This document shows positions 7,893 to 18,360 of a DNA stretch of 64,000 nt, piece after piece. The stretch's first letter is position 1. Each line of letters begins with the position of its first letter. A model generated the notes under the pieces. That model was not told where the DNA came from, searched no databases, and worked only from the letters and a program-made list of their open reading frames with translations. A program made the translations under genes and the position numbers. Source of the DNA: Candidatus Altimarinota bacterium (GTDB taxonomy: Bacteria > Patescibacteriota > Gracilibacteria > CAIRYL01 > GCA-016699755); the NCBI GenBank assembly GCA_963664295.1, contig OY760935.1:736001-800000 (forward strand), written 5' to 3'.

Positions 7893-10853
7893 ATGAAATC
7901 TCCAAATTTTACAAAATCACTCCTCAAAGGAGTTTTTACAAGCTCACTATTTTTAGTTCTTAGCTTGTGTTTTTTGCCAAAAGCAAGCGCTTTAACGCAA
8001 ATATCAAATTGTACAGAACTACAAGGTATGAACAGTGATATCACTGAAGATTATGAGCTAACTCAAGACATAGACTGTAGCGCAACAAGCACCTGGAACT
8101 CAAACGGAACAGGTGGATACTATGGTTTTGATCCAATTGGTGATGATTCAAATAAATTCACTGGCTCTTTTGATGGCAAAGGATATGAAATCCAAAATCT
8201 TTACATCAATAGACCAAGCACTGATTTTATTGGTCTTTTTGCTTACAATGACACCAACATTGGCTCAATAACAAATGTAGGATTAACAAATGTAGATATC
8301 ACAGGAGGAACATATACCGGCGCAATAGCCGGCATCGCCTTCCTAGGAGACGCGAGTGATTGCTATGCAACAGGAACAGTCACAGGAAAAGAATATACTG
8401 GTGGTCTTTTTGGTTATTACAACAGTGATATTTCCGATTCTTATTTTTCCGGAACTGTCACGGGCTTAGACACATACAACAGTGTTGGAGGACTAATTGG
8501 AGAAACATTTAAATCAAATATCACCAACTGTCACAGTGAAGGCACAGTTAACGGCCAAGGAACAGGAAACAATGTCGGTGGCTTAATAGGAAAAACCAAT
8601 GGCTATTACCATAGTTTTAAAGTGATAAACTCATACTCCACAGCTGATGTTAATTCATCAAAAACTTTCACAGGTGGTTTAGTGGGTCATGCTGATGATT
8701 ATTCTTCTTTTGAATATTGTTATGCATCTGGTGATGTCACATCAACAAATCCAAACTCAGCAGGATTAGTAGGTTATTTATATGACCATTCAAGAATACA
8801 ATATTCCTTTGCAACAGGAAGTGCAACAGGAACAAATTATGTAGGTGGTTTAGTAGGAGCTTCAACTCCCAGCTGTCCAATAGAAAATTCTTTTGCCAGA
8901 GGTGACGCAAGTGGAACTGGCTGGATTGGAGGTTTAATCGGAAGCAATGGTGGTTCAATAGTAAACTCTTATTCATCAGGAGATGTCACCGCAACAACAG
9001 GAAACCATGGAGGTTTATCAGGTGGCACTGGGCAAACAGTGACTTCATCTTATTGGGATACAGAAACTTCAGGAGAAACAAGTTCATACGGAGGAACAGG
9101 CAGAAACACAACACAAATGATGCAAGAAACAACTTTCTCCGGCTGGGATTTTGCCAGTACCTGGGCAATAGACGAAGGCAATAATTATCCATATCTTCAA
9201 TGGTCACCACCATTTGATCCAGCAACAGAAGTGACAGTAGTGGGCTCATCAGCAGACTACAGCAGTAGTGGCTCAACAGAAGTATTATTTAACAATAGTA
9301 GTGGTGTTTCTCAATTACCAGACGGAGCAAACTCTGTCACTCTAAATGAAACACAAGAAATAGATATGTCACAATCCTTGGCAACAAGTAGTGCATCAAC
9401 AACAGTAGGCGGTGGATCAACAACAGTAGGACAAGCACTAACAAGCCTAAAAGGCTCAAGCGTGACAGAAGTAGTAGAAGTAGAATTAAGAGCAGGAAGC
9501 GGACAAACAGGATCAGACATCACCTTAATCACAGACTCACTAGAGGTGACAATGCAAGATCAAACAACAATGTATATGGAAAATTGTACAGATGGAAAAA
9601 TCACTCCACCAATCGATATCACAAGTAGCATTAACAGAAGTGGCTGGATAGTACATAAAGCTCTTAATGTTGGTAATGATGGCTCATGTAGCAGTATAGT
9701 GCATGACAAAGTCGCAAAAGTAGTAGTTCCTGGCACAGACGGCGATACATATTACAGTCCAGACAATACAAACTGGGTAAAAATCACAGAATGTACAGAC
9801 GCAACAACAAGTAGCGCAGGGTCACTCGAGTTTCCAAATGCCTGTTTCATTAAAGACAGTGGCAACACAATAATCTGGACATACCACTACACAACATTCG
9901 GAAACATGACCAGCATAACAAGCTTTACTCCAGAAAATAGTAATCCAGGAGAAGCAACAGGTTGGGGTGAATTCATCTTCACACCATCAATCGAAGTACC
10001 AGCAAGTGGAAAAATAATGTTCATGGTACCAGAAGAATTCACAATGGCAGACGACGCAGATCTAACAGACGATCTCACAACATTCACAGTAGGAGGAAGC
10101 AATTTTACAACAAATGTAAGCAGTGCCACCCTCACAGACAATGTAATCGAAATAACAATCAGTAGCGCAATTAGCGCAGACGATCAAATAGTTCTTAGAT
10201 TTGACAATAGCGTATTTGGAACAAACCCAAGCCAAGCCGGAGAATACGCAATCTCAATTTCAACCCACTCAGACACAGATGAAACCCTAGAAAATGGCTA
10301 CGCAATGGCAGAAATAAATAACTATGTAAATATCCTAGCAACAGTACAAGAAGCACTAATCCTTACCTTAGACGACACATCAATCAGCTTAAATGTTGAT
10401 CCGAGTGTAAACGCAGGCGAAGATTACAGCCAAAAAACAGTACTGGAGTGCAAAACCAACGCAGAAGGAGGCTATAAAATTCAAGCAAAATTAGAAGACA
10501 GCAACACTGGCGCAACAGCAACCCTATACGAAAGCGCAACCGGTAGCACAATCGAAACCGGCGACTCAATAGGCACAGAAAACAGATTTGGCTACATAGG
10601 CTACAACTCAGATGAAACAAAAACAAAATCAGATTTAAAAACCGACGCAACAAATGGCGCAGGTGGCACAATAGGCTTCACTAATAGCAATGCAGATTTA
10701 ATAACCTATCAAGGAGTAGGAAATTACCTAGGACTAACCGGTGTCACAAATTCACAACTACACACAATCTATTACACACTAAATGTAGATTATATGACAG
10801 TAGCAGGAATTTACGGTGCAACAATCACCTACACCGCAGTACCAAGCTTCTAG
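7893..10853 (+). CDS. Large secreted/surface protein with GLUG-type repeats
   Basis: Signal peptide; YELTQDID, FTGSFDGKGY; repeated xVGGLxG units; SSYWDTETSG; Thr/Ser-rich C-terminal beta domains. Confidence 0.85.
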   Translation: MKSPNFTKSLLKGVFTSSLFLVLSLCFLPKASALTQISNCTELQGMNSDITEDYELTQDIDCSATSTWNSNGTGGYYGFDPIGDDSNKFTGSFDGKGYEIQNLYINRPSTDFIGLFAYNDTNIGSITNVGLTNVDITGGTYTGAIAGIAFLGDASDCYATGTVTGKEYTGGLFGYYNSDISDSYFSGTVTGLDTYNSVGGLIGETFKSNITNCHSEGTVNGQGTGNNVGGLIGKTNGYYHSFKVINSYSTADVNSSKTFTGGLVGHADDYSSFEYCYASGDVTSTNPNSAGLVGYLYDHSRIQYSFATGSATGTNYVGGLVGASTPSCPIENSFARGDASGTGWIGGLIGSNGGSIVNSYSSGDVTATTGNHGGLSGGTGQTVTSSYWDTETSGETSSYGGTGRNTTQMMQETTFSGWDFASTWAIDEGNNYPYLQWSPPFDPATEVTVVGSSADYSSSGSTEVLFNNSSGVSQLPDGANSVTLNETQEIDMSQSLATSSASTTVGGGSTTVGQALTSLKGSSVTEVVEVELRAGSGQTGSDITLITDSLEVTMQDQTTMYMENCTDGKITPPIDITSSINRSGWIVHKALNVGNDGSCSSIVHDKVAKVVVPGTDGDTYYSPDNTNWVKITECTDATTSSAGSLEFPNACFIKDSGNTIIWTYHYTTFGNMTSITSFTPENSNPGEATGWGEFIFTPSIEVPASGKIMFMVPEEFTMADDADLTDDLTTFTVGGSNFTTNVSSATLTDNVIEITISSAISADDQIVLRFDNSVFGTNPSQAGEYAISISTHSDTDETLENGYAMAEINNYVNILATVQEALILTLDDTSISLNVDPSVNAGEDYSQKTVLECKTNAEGGYKIQAKLEDSNTGATATLYESATGSTIETGDSIGTENRFGYIGYNSDETKTKSDLKTDATNGAGGTIGFTNSNADLITYQGVGNYLGLTGVTNSQLHTIYYTLNVDYMTVAGIYGATITYTAVPSF

Positions 10854-10875
10854 AAAACTAAAAAAAATTTAAACA

Positions 10876-10903
10876 AAAAAAGCAGTGAATTCACTGCTTT
10901 TTT
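10876..10903 (+). terminator. Intrinsic terminator
   Basis: AAAAAAGCAGTGAATTCACTGCTTTTTT palindrome after the GLUG gene. Confidence 0.8.
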
Positions 10904-10964
10904 AATAAAAACTTTCACAATAAATCTATATACAGCTATAATAAAACAAAATTTTTAACAACAA

Positions 10965-11894
10965 ATGCAAAAAAATTGGCAAAAAATATTTTTATTTTTA
11001 TTTTCAGGAATAGGGGCATTCTCACTATTATTTATTACATTAGCAATACTCTTCAAACATTATTTAGATTTTGATTGTTTGGGATTTTTTAATAGTAAAT
11101 TTTTCCAATATTACATTAATGATTATTATTTTGAAGAATTTATAGAACCAATATATGGAACTAAAATTAGTACAAAAATACTAAAAATTCCACCCATGCT
11201 AACCTTAATTTCATTAAGCATAGCATGGCTACTAACAACAATCTCTATTAAAAACAACAAAAATAATGGTCTAGCTTTTATTATAATTTCTTCATTAGCA
11301 CATATTTTTATCAACCTGCTTACCCTCCACGAAGCAATAAGACACCCCGAAATTTTTCCTATAAAAACAATATTAAAACTAACATTAATTTATATATCTA
11401 TACATTGTGTAATTTTTCTTCTTGCATTTACACAAGGAGTAAAACAACCTCTCAGTTCCCCAAAACAAGCAAAATTAAAAACAAACAAAAGATCAATTAT
11501 TCAATATTGGTCTATATTTTTTATTATTACAACAGGCGCAGGCTTATTTTTTGAAATAAAAAATTTAATAATAAGCACATCTTTTGTGCCAATTGGAATA
11601 GTGTGGAAAATTATTTTTTTAATTCTTGCTGTCATCCTATTTGCTTCAGCAATAACGGTTTTTCATCTTAAAAACAAATCATCAATAATAACTTTTGCCA
11701 CAATATATTTTTCAAATTTAATATTAACCCTAATAGTATTAAATGCTTATTTAAAACCAACATTTACTAAAGCGGGAGGCTTTGAAATGACTCAAGAAAT
11801 GCATATAAAACCAACATTTATGTGTTTAATTGTTTTAACTGGCGTTATTCATTGTTTTTATCTTGATAATAAATTAACTAAAAAGAAAAAATAA
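10965..11894 (+). CDS. Hypothetical polytopic membrane protein (very AT-rich)
   Basis: About 8 hydrophobic segments; converges on the tmRNA 3' trailer. Confidence 0.7.
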   Translation: MQKNWQKIFLFLFSGIGAFSLLFITLAILFKHYLDFDCLGFFNSKFFQYYINDYYFEEFIEPIYGTKISTKILKIPPMLTLISLSIAWLLTTISIKNNKNNGLAFIIISSLAHIFINLLTLHEAIRHPEIFPIKTILKLTLIYISIHCVIFLLAFTQGVKQPLSSPKQAKLKTNKRSIIQYWSIFFIITTGAGLFFEIKNLIISTSFVPIGIVWKIIFLILAVILFASAITVFHLKNKSSIITFATIYFSNLILTLIVLNAYLKPTFTKAGGFEMTQEMHIKPTFMCLIVLTGVIHCFYLDNKLTKKKK

Positions 11895-12047
11895 ACTTTT
11901 ATTTCGTTTCAAGTGCACCCGCGTGTTTTATTAGGTGAACGCAGGTTCAATTTTGTGAACACAACAAATAGCGAACGCTAGTGAGCGAGAGGGGTAAATT
12001 GGGCGGGCGTGTACCGCCCAAGAGGGGCGACGCTAGCCCCTTATAAT

Positions 12048-12482
12048 TGGTGGAGATGGCGGGAATTGAACCCGCGTCCAAAGAGTAAAAATAAAAAACT
12101 TCTACAATCATAGTTTGTTTTTTGCTACCTCAATTGACCTAAAAAACAAACAAAACGAACCAAAAGAGGGCTTTTTGAGATACAAATAATTATTCAAAAA
12201 ACTAAACCATAATTATCCGTTCCGAGTAATCAACGCCTATTTGAAAAGCCCCGGAAAACAAATCAATAGACGCAGGCCGAAAATTAGTCAGCCTGAAGCC
12301 TCACACGCAATTAAGCGTAAGCTGGTTGTAAGCGAAAGCTTGCTTCCATTTTCTCAGCAAAGCGTGCAAGAGGACCTTTTTTTGCATTTAAGCAAGTTTA
12401 ATGTCTGGGTCACGGCGTGACACTAAAAACGCCGGATTGCAATTTTAAACTTTCATCTCATTGTCGAAAGCCTTACATCCCC
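12048..12482 (-). ncRNA. ssrA: tmRNA (435 nt); tag ORF 12385-12311 encodes AKKGPLARFAEKMEASFRLQPAYA*
   Basis: 5' GGGGATGTAAGGCTTTCGAC; 3' GACGCGGGTTCAATTCCCGCCATCTCCACCA; TAAAT-GCA resume context; tag ends in YA-stop. Confidence 0.96.
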
Positions 12483-12483
12483 A

Positions 12484-12498
12484 AATTTTCAAAGAGCT
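12484..12498 (-). promoter_or_regulatory. boxA-like leader AGCTCTTTGAAAATT upstream of ssrA
   Basis: Identical 15-mer upstream of rnpB (47077-47091); resembles rrn boxA (GCTCTTT-AA); preceded by a TTGATT/TATAGT promoter. Confidence 0.7.
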
Positions 12499-12600
12499 AA
12501 TAAACTATACCAGAAATAAGAAAAAAATCAAGACCACAAAACTTCATCTGTTGACAAAAAATAAATTTTAAATTAAAATGCTCTTCCGTTTTTAATTAAC

Positions 12601-13116
12601 ATGCCCACATTAGGAACTATTAAAAAACATTTCGACAATGCTCTTGTACAGGCTGAAGGCATAAGAAAGCCTATATCAGCCTTAAAAGAAATCTCTCCTC
12701 TATACGAAGTAAGCTCAATTATGCAAAGAATTGTTGCAGTAAATAGAAGAAAAGAAGCTGATAAAAAATATATTGTGCTTGAAGAAATAATCTCACAATT
12801 ACAGTCGCGATTAAAAAAAATAATAAAATTATCAAAGCAAAATGAATTTCAAGAGATGTTGGCAAAAAAAATAAATGAATTAAAAAATTTACTAAAAGAA
12901 TTTACAAAAAATGCAGAACAGGATTTTTTAGATAAAGTTGATGGCAACTTTACTGCGCCAACAATTGGTAAAAATAAACCTAATATTGACCCAGAAGAAA
13001 CTGCGTCTAATGATCAAATTTGGGTTTCAATAACTCAGCGTGACCCCCTAGAAACACTGGTCTACAAAACACCAAAAGAGCCAGATCCTTTCTCAGGTTT
13101 TACTTGGGATGAATAA
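12601..13116 (+). CDS. Hypothetical protein
   Basis: 171-aa ORF with TTGACA-17-TAAAAT promoter at 12551-12579. Confidence 0.7.
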   Translation: MPTLGTIKKHFDNALVQAEGIRKPISALKEISPLYEVSSIMQRIVAVNRRKEADKKYIVLEEIISQLQSRLKKIIKLSKQNEFQEMLAKKINELKNLLKEFTKNAEQDFLDKVDGNFTAPTIGKNKPNIDPEETASNDQIWVSITQRDPLETLVYKTPKEPDPFSGFTWDE

Positions 13117-14784
13117 TTATCTTTCCAGAAGCCCCTTTCTTGATTGCTGATACTTATTGCTCTGTGGATAATAAATCAAAGCCTGATCTATGCTTTGCAT
13201 AGCTTTTTCTTTATCGCCTTCAATGTAGTAAATCCTTGACGCAAGATAATAGGTTTCTGCCCAATAAGGATGATCTTCTTTTAATGTATTGATAATTTTT
13301 TCAGCTGTCACCATATCACCATTTCTTATAGACTCAATTGTTAATGTTTGAGCAAATTTTCTATTTGAAGGATGTATTTGATGCGCTTGTAAATAATCTT
13401 CTTGATAATAAAATTTATCTGCCAACCACATCGCACTAGCGGAATAAATCAAAAAAACGGAAATAAAAACCACACAAATCGCATATCCAAATGGCATTAA
13501 GCTCTTTTTGCCATATTTTATGTTATTAAATCCAGTTAAGCCTAAAAATAAAAAGAATAAAAAGAATTCTGTGACAGAAAAAAACTCAAACATTCTTGCT
13601 AAAAATGTTGCTAAAATAGCTATAAACAAAGGACTGCGGGCACTACTAGAAACCAAAGCAAAAACTACAAAAAGAAAATAAGCAATTGCGCCAATCAAAC
13701 CAATTTGAATAAAAAAATCAATAAATTCATTGTGCGCCCTATCTAAAATACGAAAATCAACTAAATCAAAAAGTCGTTCATTGTCAATTCGTTCTAATAT
13801 AAGCTCCTGGTTTTCCAGCCCTGCTCCATATAAAAAATTAGTTTCCTGCGTTATTGTTGGCAAATTTTTCCAAATTAAAAGTCTTGTTTCTGTGGATTCT
13901 GAACGAGAATTAAAGCTGTCATAAAGAAAATAAGCCATGCCTGAACCAAGCAAGGCAGTCACAAAAAACACACTCAAAACTTGTTTCCAATTTACTGCTC
14001 GCAAAACAGCAAACAAAAATAAACCAAAAAACAAAGCGATAAGTCCAGCACGGGATTTTGTTGCCAAAATCCCCGCAAAAATTAAAACAATTAGTAGTCC
14101 ATAAATAATTTTTTGTTTATTTTTAGACTTAAAAAAATAATGTAATCCTACAAAAAACGGAAATAACAATAATCTCGCCAAATAATTTGGCTGACCCATG
14201 GTGCCAATACTGCGTTTATTGTAGGTATCAAGCTGTAAATCGGAAAATAAAAATGTTTTTTCTAAATATTCTTTTATTTTTTTATAACGCTCTGATTCAA
14301 TCTCAGGTAAAAAATCAAATTTAATATACTGAACAATGGAAACCATAGCCTCAAGCGCCCCAGCCACCATCAAGGGCACTAAAAAATATTTAAAAAATTC
14401 TTTTTTATTAGGTTGCAAAAGCACAGCATAAAGCACCAATAAAAAAACCGCTCCATAAAAAACCAAACCCTGATGATAAATAGCAGAACCCCAAAAACTC
14501 TCCAAAGGAGAAAGTGAATAAAAACTTGAAATAACTAAAAACGCACAAAATAAAAGAAAAAACACCAATGAAATCACCTGATATTTATTAAGTAAATATT
14601 TAGGTAATTTAATAAAAATAAACAAAAGCGAAATAACACCACAAAAAATTAAAATAAAAGTAAATTTGTTTATTTCAAAAATCTGATCAGTAAAACGCGA
14701 GTATATAAAGGGGAGAAAAAATATTAATAAGCTATAAAGTGTTAAAACTATTTTTCTCATGTTCTTATTATGCAATAATTTCAT
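13117..14784 (-). CDS. O-antigen ligase/Wzy_C-like membrane protein with C-terminal TPR
   Basis: GTMGQPNYLA, TKSRAG, R..IW, DRAHNEFID...IGLIG; TPR-like tail. Confidence 0.88.
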   Translation of the reverse strand: MKLLHNKNMRKIVLTLYSLLIFFLPFIYSRFTDQIFEINKFTFILIFCGVISLLFIFIKLPKYLLNKYQVISLVFFLLFCAFLVISSFYSLSPLESFWGSAIYHQGLVFYGAVFLLVLYAVLLQPNKKEFFKYFLVPLMVAGALEAMVSIVQYIKFDFLPEIESERYKKIKEYLEKTFLFSDLQLDTYNKRSIGTMGQPNYLARLLLFPFFVGLHYFFKSKNKQKIIYGLLIVLIFAGILATKSRAGLIALFFGLFLFAVLRAVNWKQVLSVFFVTALLGSGMAYFLYDSFNSRSESTETRLLIWKNLPTITQETNFLYGAGLENQELILERIDNERLFDLVDFRILDRAHNEFIDFFIQIGLIGAIAYFLFVVFALVSSSARSPLFIAILATFLARMFEFFSVTEFFLFFLFLGLTGFNNIKYGKKSLMPFGYAICVVFISVFLIYSASAMWLADKFYYQEDYLQAHQIHPSNRKFAQTLTIESIRNGDMVTAEKIINTLKEDHPYWAETYYLASRIYYIEGDKEKAMQSIDQALIYYPQSNKYQQSRKGLLER

Positions 14785-14808
14785 TATAAAAAAAATTTAT
14801 TTTTTAAA

Positions 14809-15387
14809 ATGGATTTTAACAACAAACAAGAAGTTGAAAAAACTATAGCCCTAATCAACAAAAAACTGGATCAAGGAGAAAATGTGCTTGATGTTAAAAA
14901 ACAATTTATTAGTGCTGGCAATAACGAACAAGATTGGGATTTTTTAATCAACAAATACGGAAAAAAAAGCACAAAATCACTACTTAAAAAAATCTTTTTA
15001 GGCATACTTACGCTAATATCATTAAGTACAATATTCATTAGTGCTTACTATATTATGTCTGAAGTTTTTTACATAACCCCTGAGAGACATATTTTACTGC
15101 TTATATATTTCTTTATTGCCTTATTAATAACCGAGGGAATTGTTTGGCTTTTTGTTGAAAAAAATTCACATTCAGTGTCTTTAGTTAAAATACTTTTATT
15201 CATTACAATTGATGCAATTTTGATGCCAATTAATCCAATAGCAAGAGGTATTAATAGTTTTATATTTATCTTTTTTATGTTCAGAATTAGTTTCTCTGCT
15301 TATGTAATATTAGTTATGCTAACTTATTTTATGTATTATGTCGTTTTGTCATTAGGAATGTCGCTAGGCAAGTTCATTTACACTTAA
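14809..15387 (+). CDS. Hypothetical membrane protein
   Basis: 4-5 hydrophobic segments; 5 nt before the next gene. Confidence 0.7.
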   Translation: MDFNNKQEVEKTIALINKKLDQGENVLDVKKQFISAGNNEQDWDFLINKYGKKSTKSLLKKIFLGILTLISLSTIFISAYYIMSEVFYITPERHILLLIYFFIALLITEGIVWLFVEKNSHSVSLVKILLFITIDAILMPINPIARGINSFIFIFFMFRISFSAYVILVMLTYFMYYVVLSLGMSLGKFIYT

Positions 15388-15392
15388 AACTA

Positions 15393-16433
15393 ATGAAAGA
15401 GATAATTTTTGCTTCATTATTGGCTTTTACACTTAGCATTTCTGCATCTTTTTTAATGTTAAAATTTTTTCCAAAATGGGGACTAATGGACAAACCCTGG
15501 AAATATGGACACAAAAGAAAGCCAATCCCCTACCCAGCGGGTATTGCCATGCCTATTATTTTTTCTATAATTCTTTTATTTTTTCTGCCTTTTGATAAGC
15601 ATCTTTTTGCGCTTGTTTTTGGCACACTTTCTCTTGCGATTGTTGCTTTTGTTGACGACAGAAAAGGCTTAAATCCTATTTTTCGTCTTAGTTTTCAGGT
15701 TTTTATTGCTCTGGTGGTTATTGCTTGTGGCATAGGCATAGAAGTAATTTCCAATCCGCTTGGTGGTCACTTTGAACTCAATCAATACAGCCTAGATATA
15801 CCAATCAATAGCATTGATTATCAAATAACTCTACCGTCTGATTTATTCACAATCATCTGGATTATAATAATGATTAACACCCTTAACTGGCTTGATGGTG
15901 TTGTTGGTCTTTCTGCTGGCACTTCTGCTGCGGGAGGTTTAACTCTTGGTATTCTTTCGCTCACTCCGCTAGTTAATCAACCAGAAATTGCCTTAATTGC
16001 TTTTGTTTTTGCTTTTGTTGCCTTAGGCTTTTTGCCTTTTAATATTGCTCCACCAAAAATGCTTTTGGGCGACGCTGGTGCAATGCCCTTAGGCTTTATT
16101 CTCGCTATGTTGGCTATTTTTTCTGGCGGAAAAGTTGCCACTGCCTTCTTGGTTCTTGCACTTCCTGTTTTAGATGCATTTTGGGTGGCTTTATATAGAA
16201 TGATGCATGGAAAAATGCCCTGGAAAGGACAAGATAAAGCTCATCTCCATGATCGCCTGCTTATGTTAAATTGGAACAAAAGACAAATTTTCTTTTTATT
16301 TTTTCTAACTTCGGTTTTTTTGGGTTCAACCAGTCTCTTTTTGGGCACAACCGGAAAGGGCGTAGTAGTTTTCATCTTGCTACTTAGTTTTTTCATTTTT
16401 CGCTTTCAAATCGAAAGAAAATTACAAAAATAA
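15393..16433 (+). CDS. MraY/WecA/TagO family (glycosyltransferase family 4) polyprenyl-phosphate GlcNAc-1-P transferase
   Basis: FVDD, INTLNWLDGVVGL, LLGDAGA, HLHDRL. Confidence 0.92.
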   Translation: MKEIIFASLLAFTLSISASFLMLKFFPKWGLMDKPWKYGHKRKPIPYPAGIAMPIIFSIILLFFLPFDKHLFALVFGTLSLAIVAFVDDRKGLNPIFRLSFQVFIALVVIACGIGIEVISNPLGGHFELNQYSLDIPINSIDYQITLPSDLFTIIWIIIMINTLNWLDGVVGLSAGTSAAGGLTLGILSLTPLVNQPEIALIAFVFAFVALGFLPFNIAPPKMLLGDAGAMPLGFILAMLAIFSGGKVATAFLVLALPVLDAFWVALYRMMHGKMPWKGQDKAHLHDRLLMLNWNKRQIFFLFFLTSVFLGSTSLFLGTTGKGVVVFILLLSFFIFRFQIERKLQK

Positions 16434-16436
16434 AAA

Positions 16437-17342
16437 TTATTCCCCAAAAGCTTCTGCCATTTTTAATAATCGCGTAAAATTTTCATCAACATTTGTCTGA
16501 ATATCTGCAAGCAAATTCTTATTTTCTTTTTTAAATAAGTGCGCAAAACGCTTTTGACCTTTTAAAAATTCCTCAATTGGCTTTCTTTCTTGTGGTTTAA
16601 AATTAATTTTCCATTTTCCGTTTTTAACCTCAAAAAGAGGCCAAAAATTAGTATTTACCGCATTCATAAGCACATCATTGCCTTTTTCTGGTGGCAATTT
16701 CCAATTAGTTGGACAGGTGGTTAAAATATTCAAAAAAGCAGGTCCATCAACTTCAAAAGCTTTTTTTGCTTTCATTTTTAAGTCAGCAATATGCGAAGGC
16801 GAAGCTTGAGCCACATATGGAATATTATGAGCTACCATAATCTCAGTTAATAACTTCCTTTTTTGTGGCTTACCACTAGGTGAAGTAGAAGTTGAAGAAT
16901 ACAAAGGAGTAGAGCTGGAGCGCTGATTGCCAGTATTCATAAAACCCTCATTATCAAAGCAAACAAAAACAGCATTGGTTCCCCTTTCAACAGCACCAGA
17001 AAGCCATTGCAAACCAATATCATACATAGCTCCATCACCACCAATACATAAAAATTTTATATTTTTTTGACTTTCTTTTAATTCGCCAGTTTTTAAGCGT
17101 TTTTTATGCAAAGCTTCCAGTCCAGAAATAACACTGGGTGCATTTTCAAAAAGAGAATGTATCCAAGGCTGACGAAAAGCAGTGTAAGGATAAGCACCAA
17201 AGCAAATCTCTGAACAACCAGTAGAATTAGCAGTAATAACAGGCCCATTCACCATGCTCAAAATAGCACGCAAAGCAATAGGAGTACCACACCCAGGGCA
17301 CATTCTATGACCCGAAGCCAAAATTTCCTCAGCTACATTCAT
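16437..17342 (-). CDS. porB: Pyruvate/2-oxoacid:ferredoxin oxidoreductase beta subunit
   Basis: GHRMCPGCG, TGC, GGDG...DIG, DNEGFMNTGNQRS (TPP-binding), CP. Confidence 0.9.
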   Translation of the reverse strand: MNVAEEILASGHRMCPGCGTPIALRAILSMVNGPVITANSTGCSEICFGAYPYTAFRQPWIHSLFENAPSVISGLEALHKKRLKTGELKESQKNIKFLCIGGDGAMYDIGLQWLSGAVERGTNAVFVCFDNEGFMNTGNQRSSSTPLYSSTSTSPSGKPQKRKLLTEIMVAHNIPYVAQASPSHIADLKMKAKKAFEVDGPAFLNILTTCPTNWKLPPEKGNDVLMNAVNTNFWPLFEVKNGKWKINFKPQERKPIEEFLKGQKRFAHLFKKENKNLLADIQTNVDENFTRLLKMAEAFGE

Positions 17343-17438
17343 CTTTTCTATTTTTTATCTTTTATTAAAAAAAGTCAAAAAGCTTTTTCTTTATTTTTTT
17401 AAAATATTTTGGCAAAATAAGCAGGATTAAAATAACGC

Positions 17439-18008
17439 ATGAAAAGCAACAGTATTAAAAAAGCATTTTTAAATCTCAGTCTATCACGAAAAATCGTTCT
17501 AATTGGAGCAATTCTGGCAATTATTTTTGCTTTTATGCCTTGGTTTGAAACAAACGACACAAGTCTTATCACTTCTGACAAGCCAATAAAAATCAATGGC
17601 TTTGGAAGATATGGCATATTTGGCACCGTTTCTGTGCTTTTTAGCCTAACCTGCATTTTAATTCTCGTTAGAGAAGCTTTAACTGGCAAAGAAAAAACTT
17701 TTTCCTTTGCAAACTCAACAATTTGGATGTTTCTGGCTGGTGAAGCTGTTTTTGCTCTCACTTTAGGCATTTTTGTATTTTCAACAATTTTTGACGAAAC
17801 ATCAGAAGCTGCTTTCCGCTTTGGTATATTTTTATCAATATTCTCACATATTCTAATTTTTGGAGGTGCACATTTTTCTTTTTCCGAAGAGAAAAAAATA
17901 GCAAACAAAAAAGCATTTAGATCAATGAGCGAAGAAGATTTAGCAAAATTAAATCTTCAACCCGAAGAGCCTGATGTTTCTAACGATCAACTTAGTTTTG
18001 GCGATTAA
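17439..18008 (+). CDS. Hypothetical membrane protein
   Basis: 4 TM segments with an F(M)PWF motif; first gene of the run leading to recA. Confidence 0.75.
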   Translation: MKSNSIKKAFLNLSLSRKIVLIGAILAIIFAFMPWFETNDTSLITSDKPIKINGFGRYGIFGTVSVLFSLTCILILVREALTGKEKTFSFANSTIWMFLAGEAVFALTLGIFVFSTIFDETSEAAFRFGIFLSIFSHILIFGGAHFSFSEEKKIANKKAFRSMSEEDLAKLNLQPEEPDVSNDQLSFGD

Positions 18009-18011
18009 ATT

Positions 18012-18302
18012 ATGACAGAAGACGAAATACCCGCATTTAGCATGGAAGATGCGCAAAAAGTGGCATATAAACCAATCCCAGAAGAGGAATGGGAACACCA
18101 AAAAGTAGTTTTTTATTGCCACGATTGTGAAAAAATAGTTCAAGGAAAAAAGCTGGGCAAAAGCTTAAAATTTGCCTGCGCAGAATGCAACGGCAATAAT
18201 GTCAGCTATGGAACTGAAAAAAGCATAAAAAATCACTTCCGTATCCAAGAAGAAACACCAGAAGAGGAAAACACTGAAAAAAAAGAAGAAGAAAGCAAAT
18301 AA
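18012..18302 (+). CDS. Small zinc-ribbon protein
   Basis: CHDC...CAEC cysteine pairs. Confidence 0.75.
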   Translation: MTEDEIPAFSMEDAQKVAYKPIPEEEWEHQKVVFYCHDCEKIVQGKKLGKSLKFACAECNGNNVSYGTEKSIKNHFRIQEETPEEENTEKKEEESK

Positions 18303-18360
18303 TTTACTTTAAATAACTAATAATTTACAATTTTTACTCTTTGATTTTTTAACACACAAA

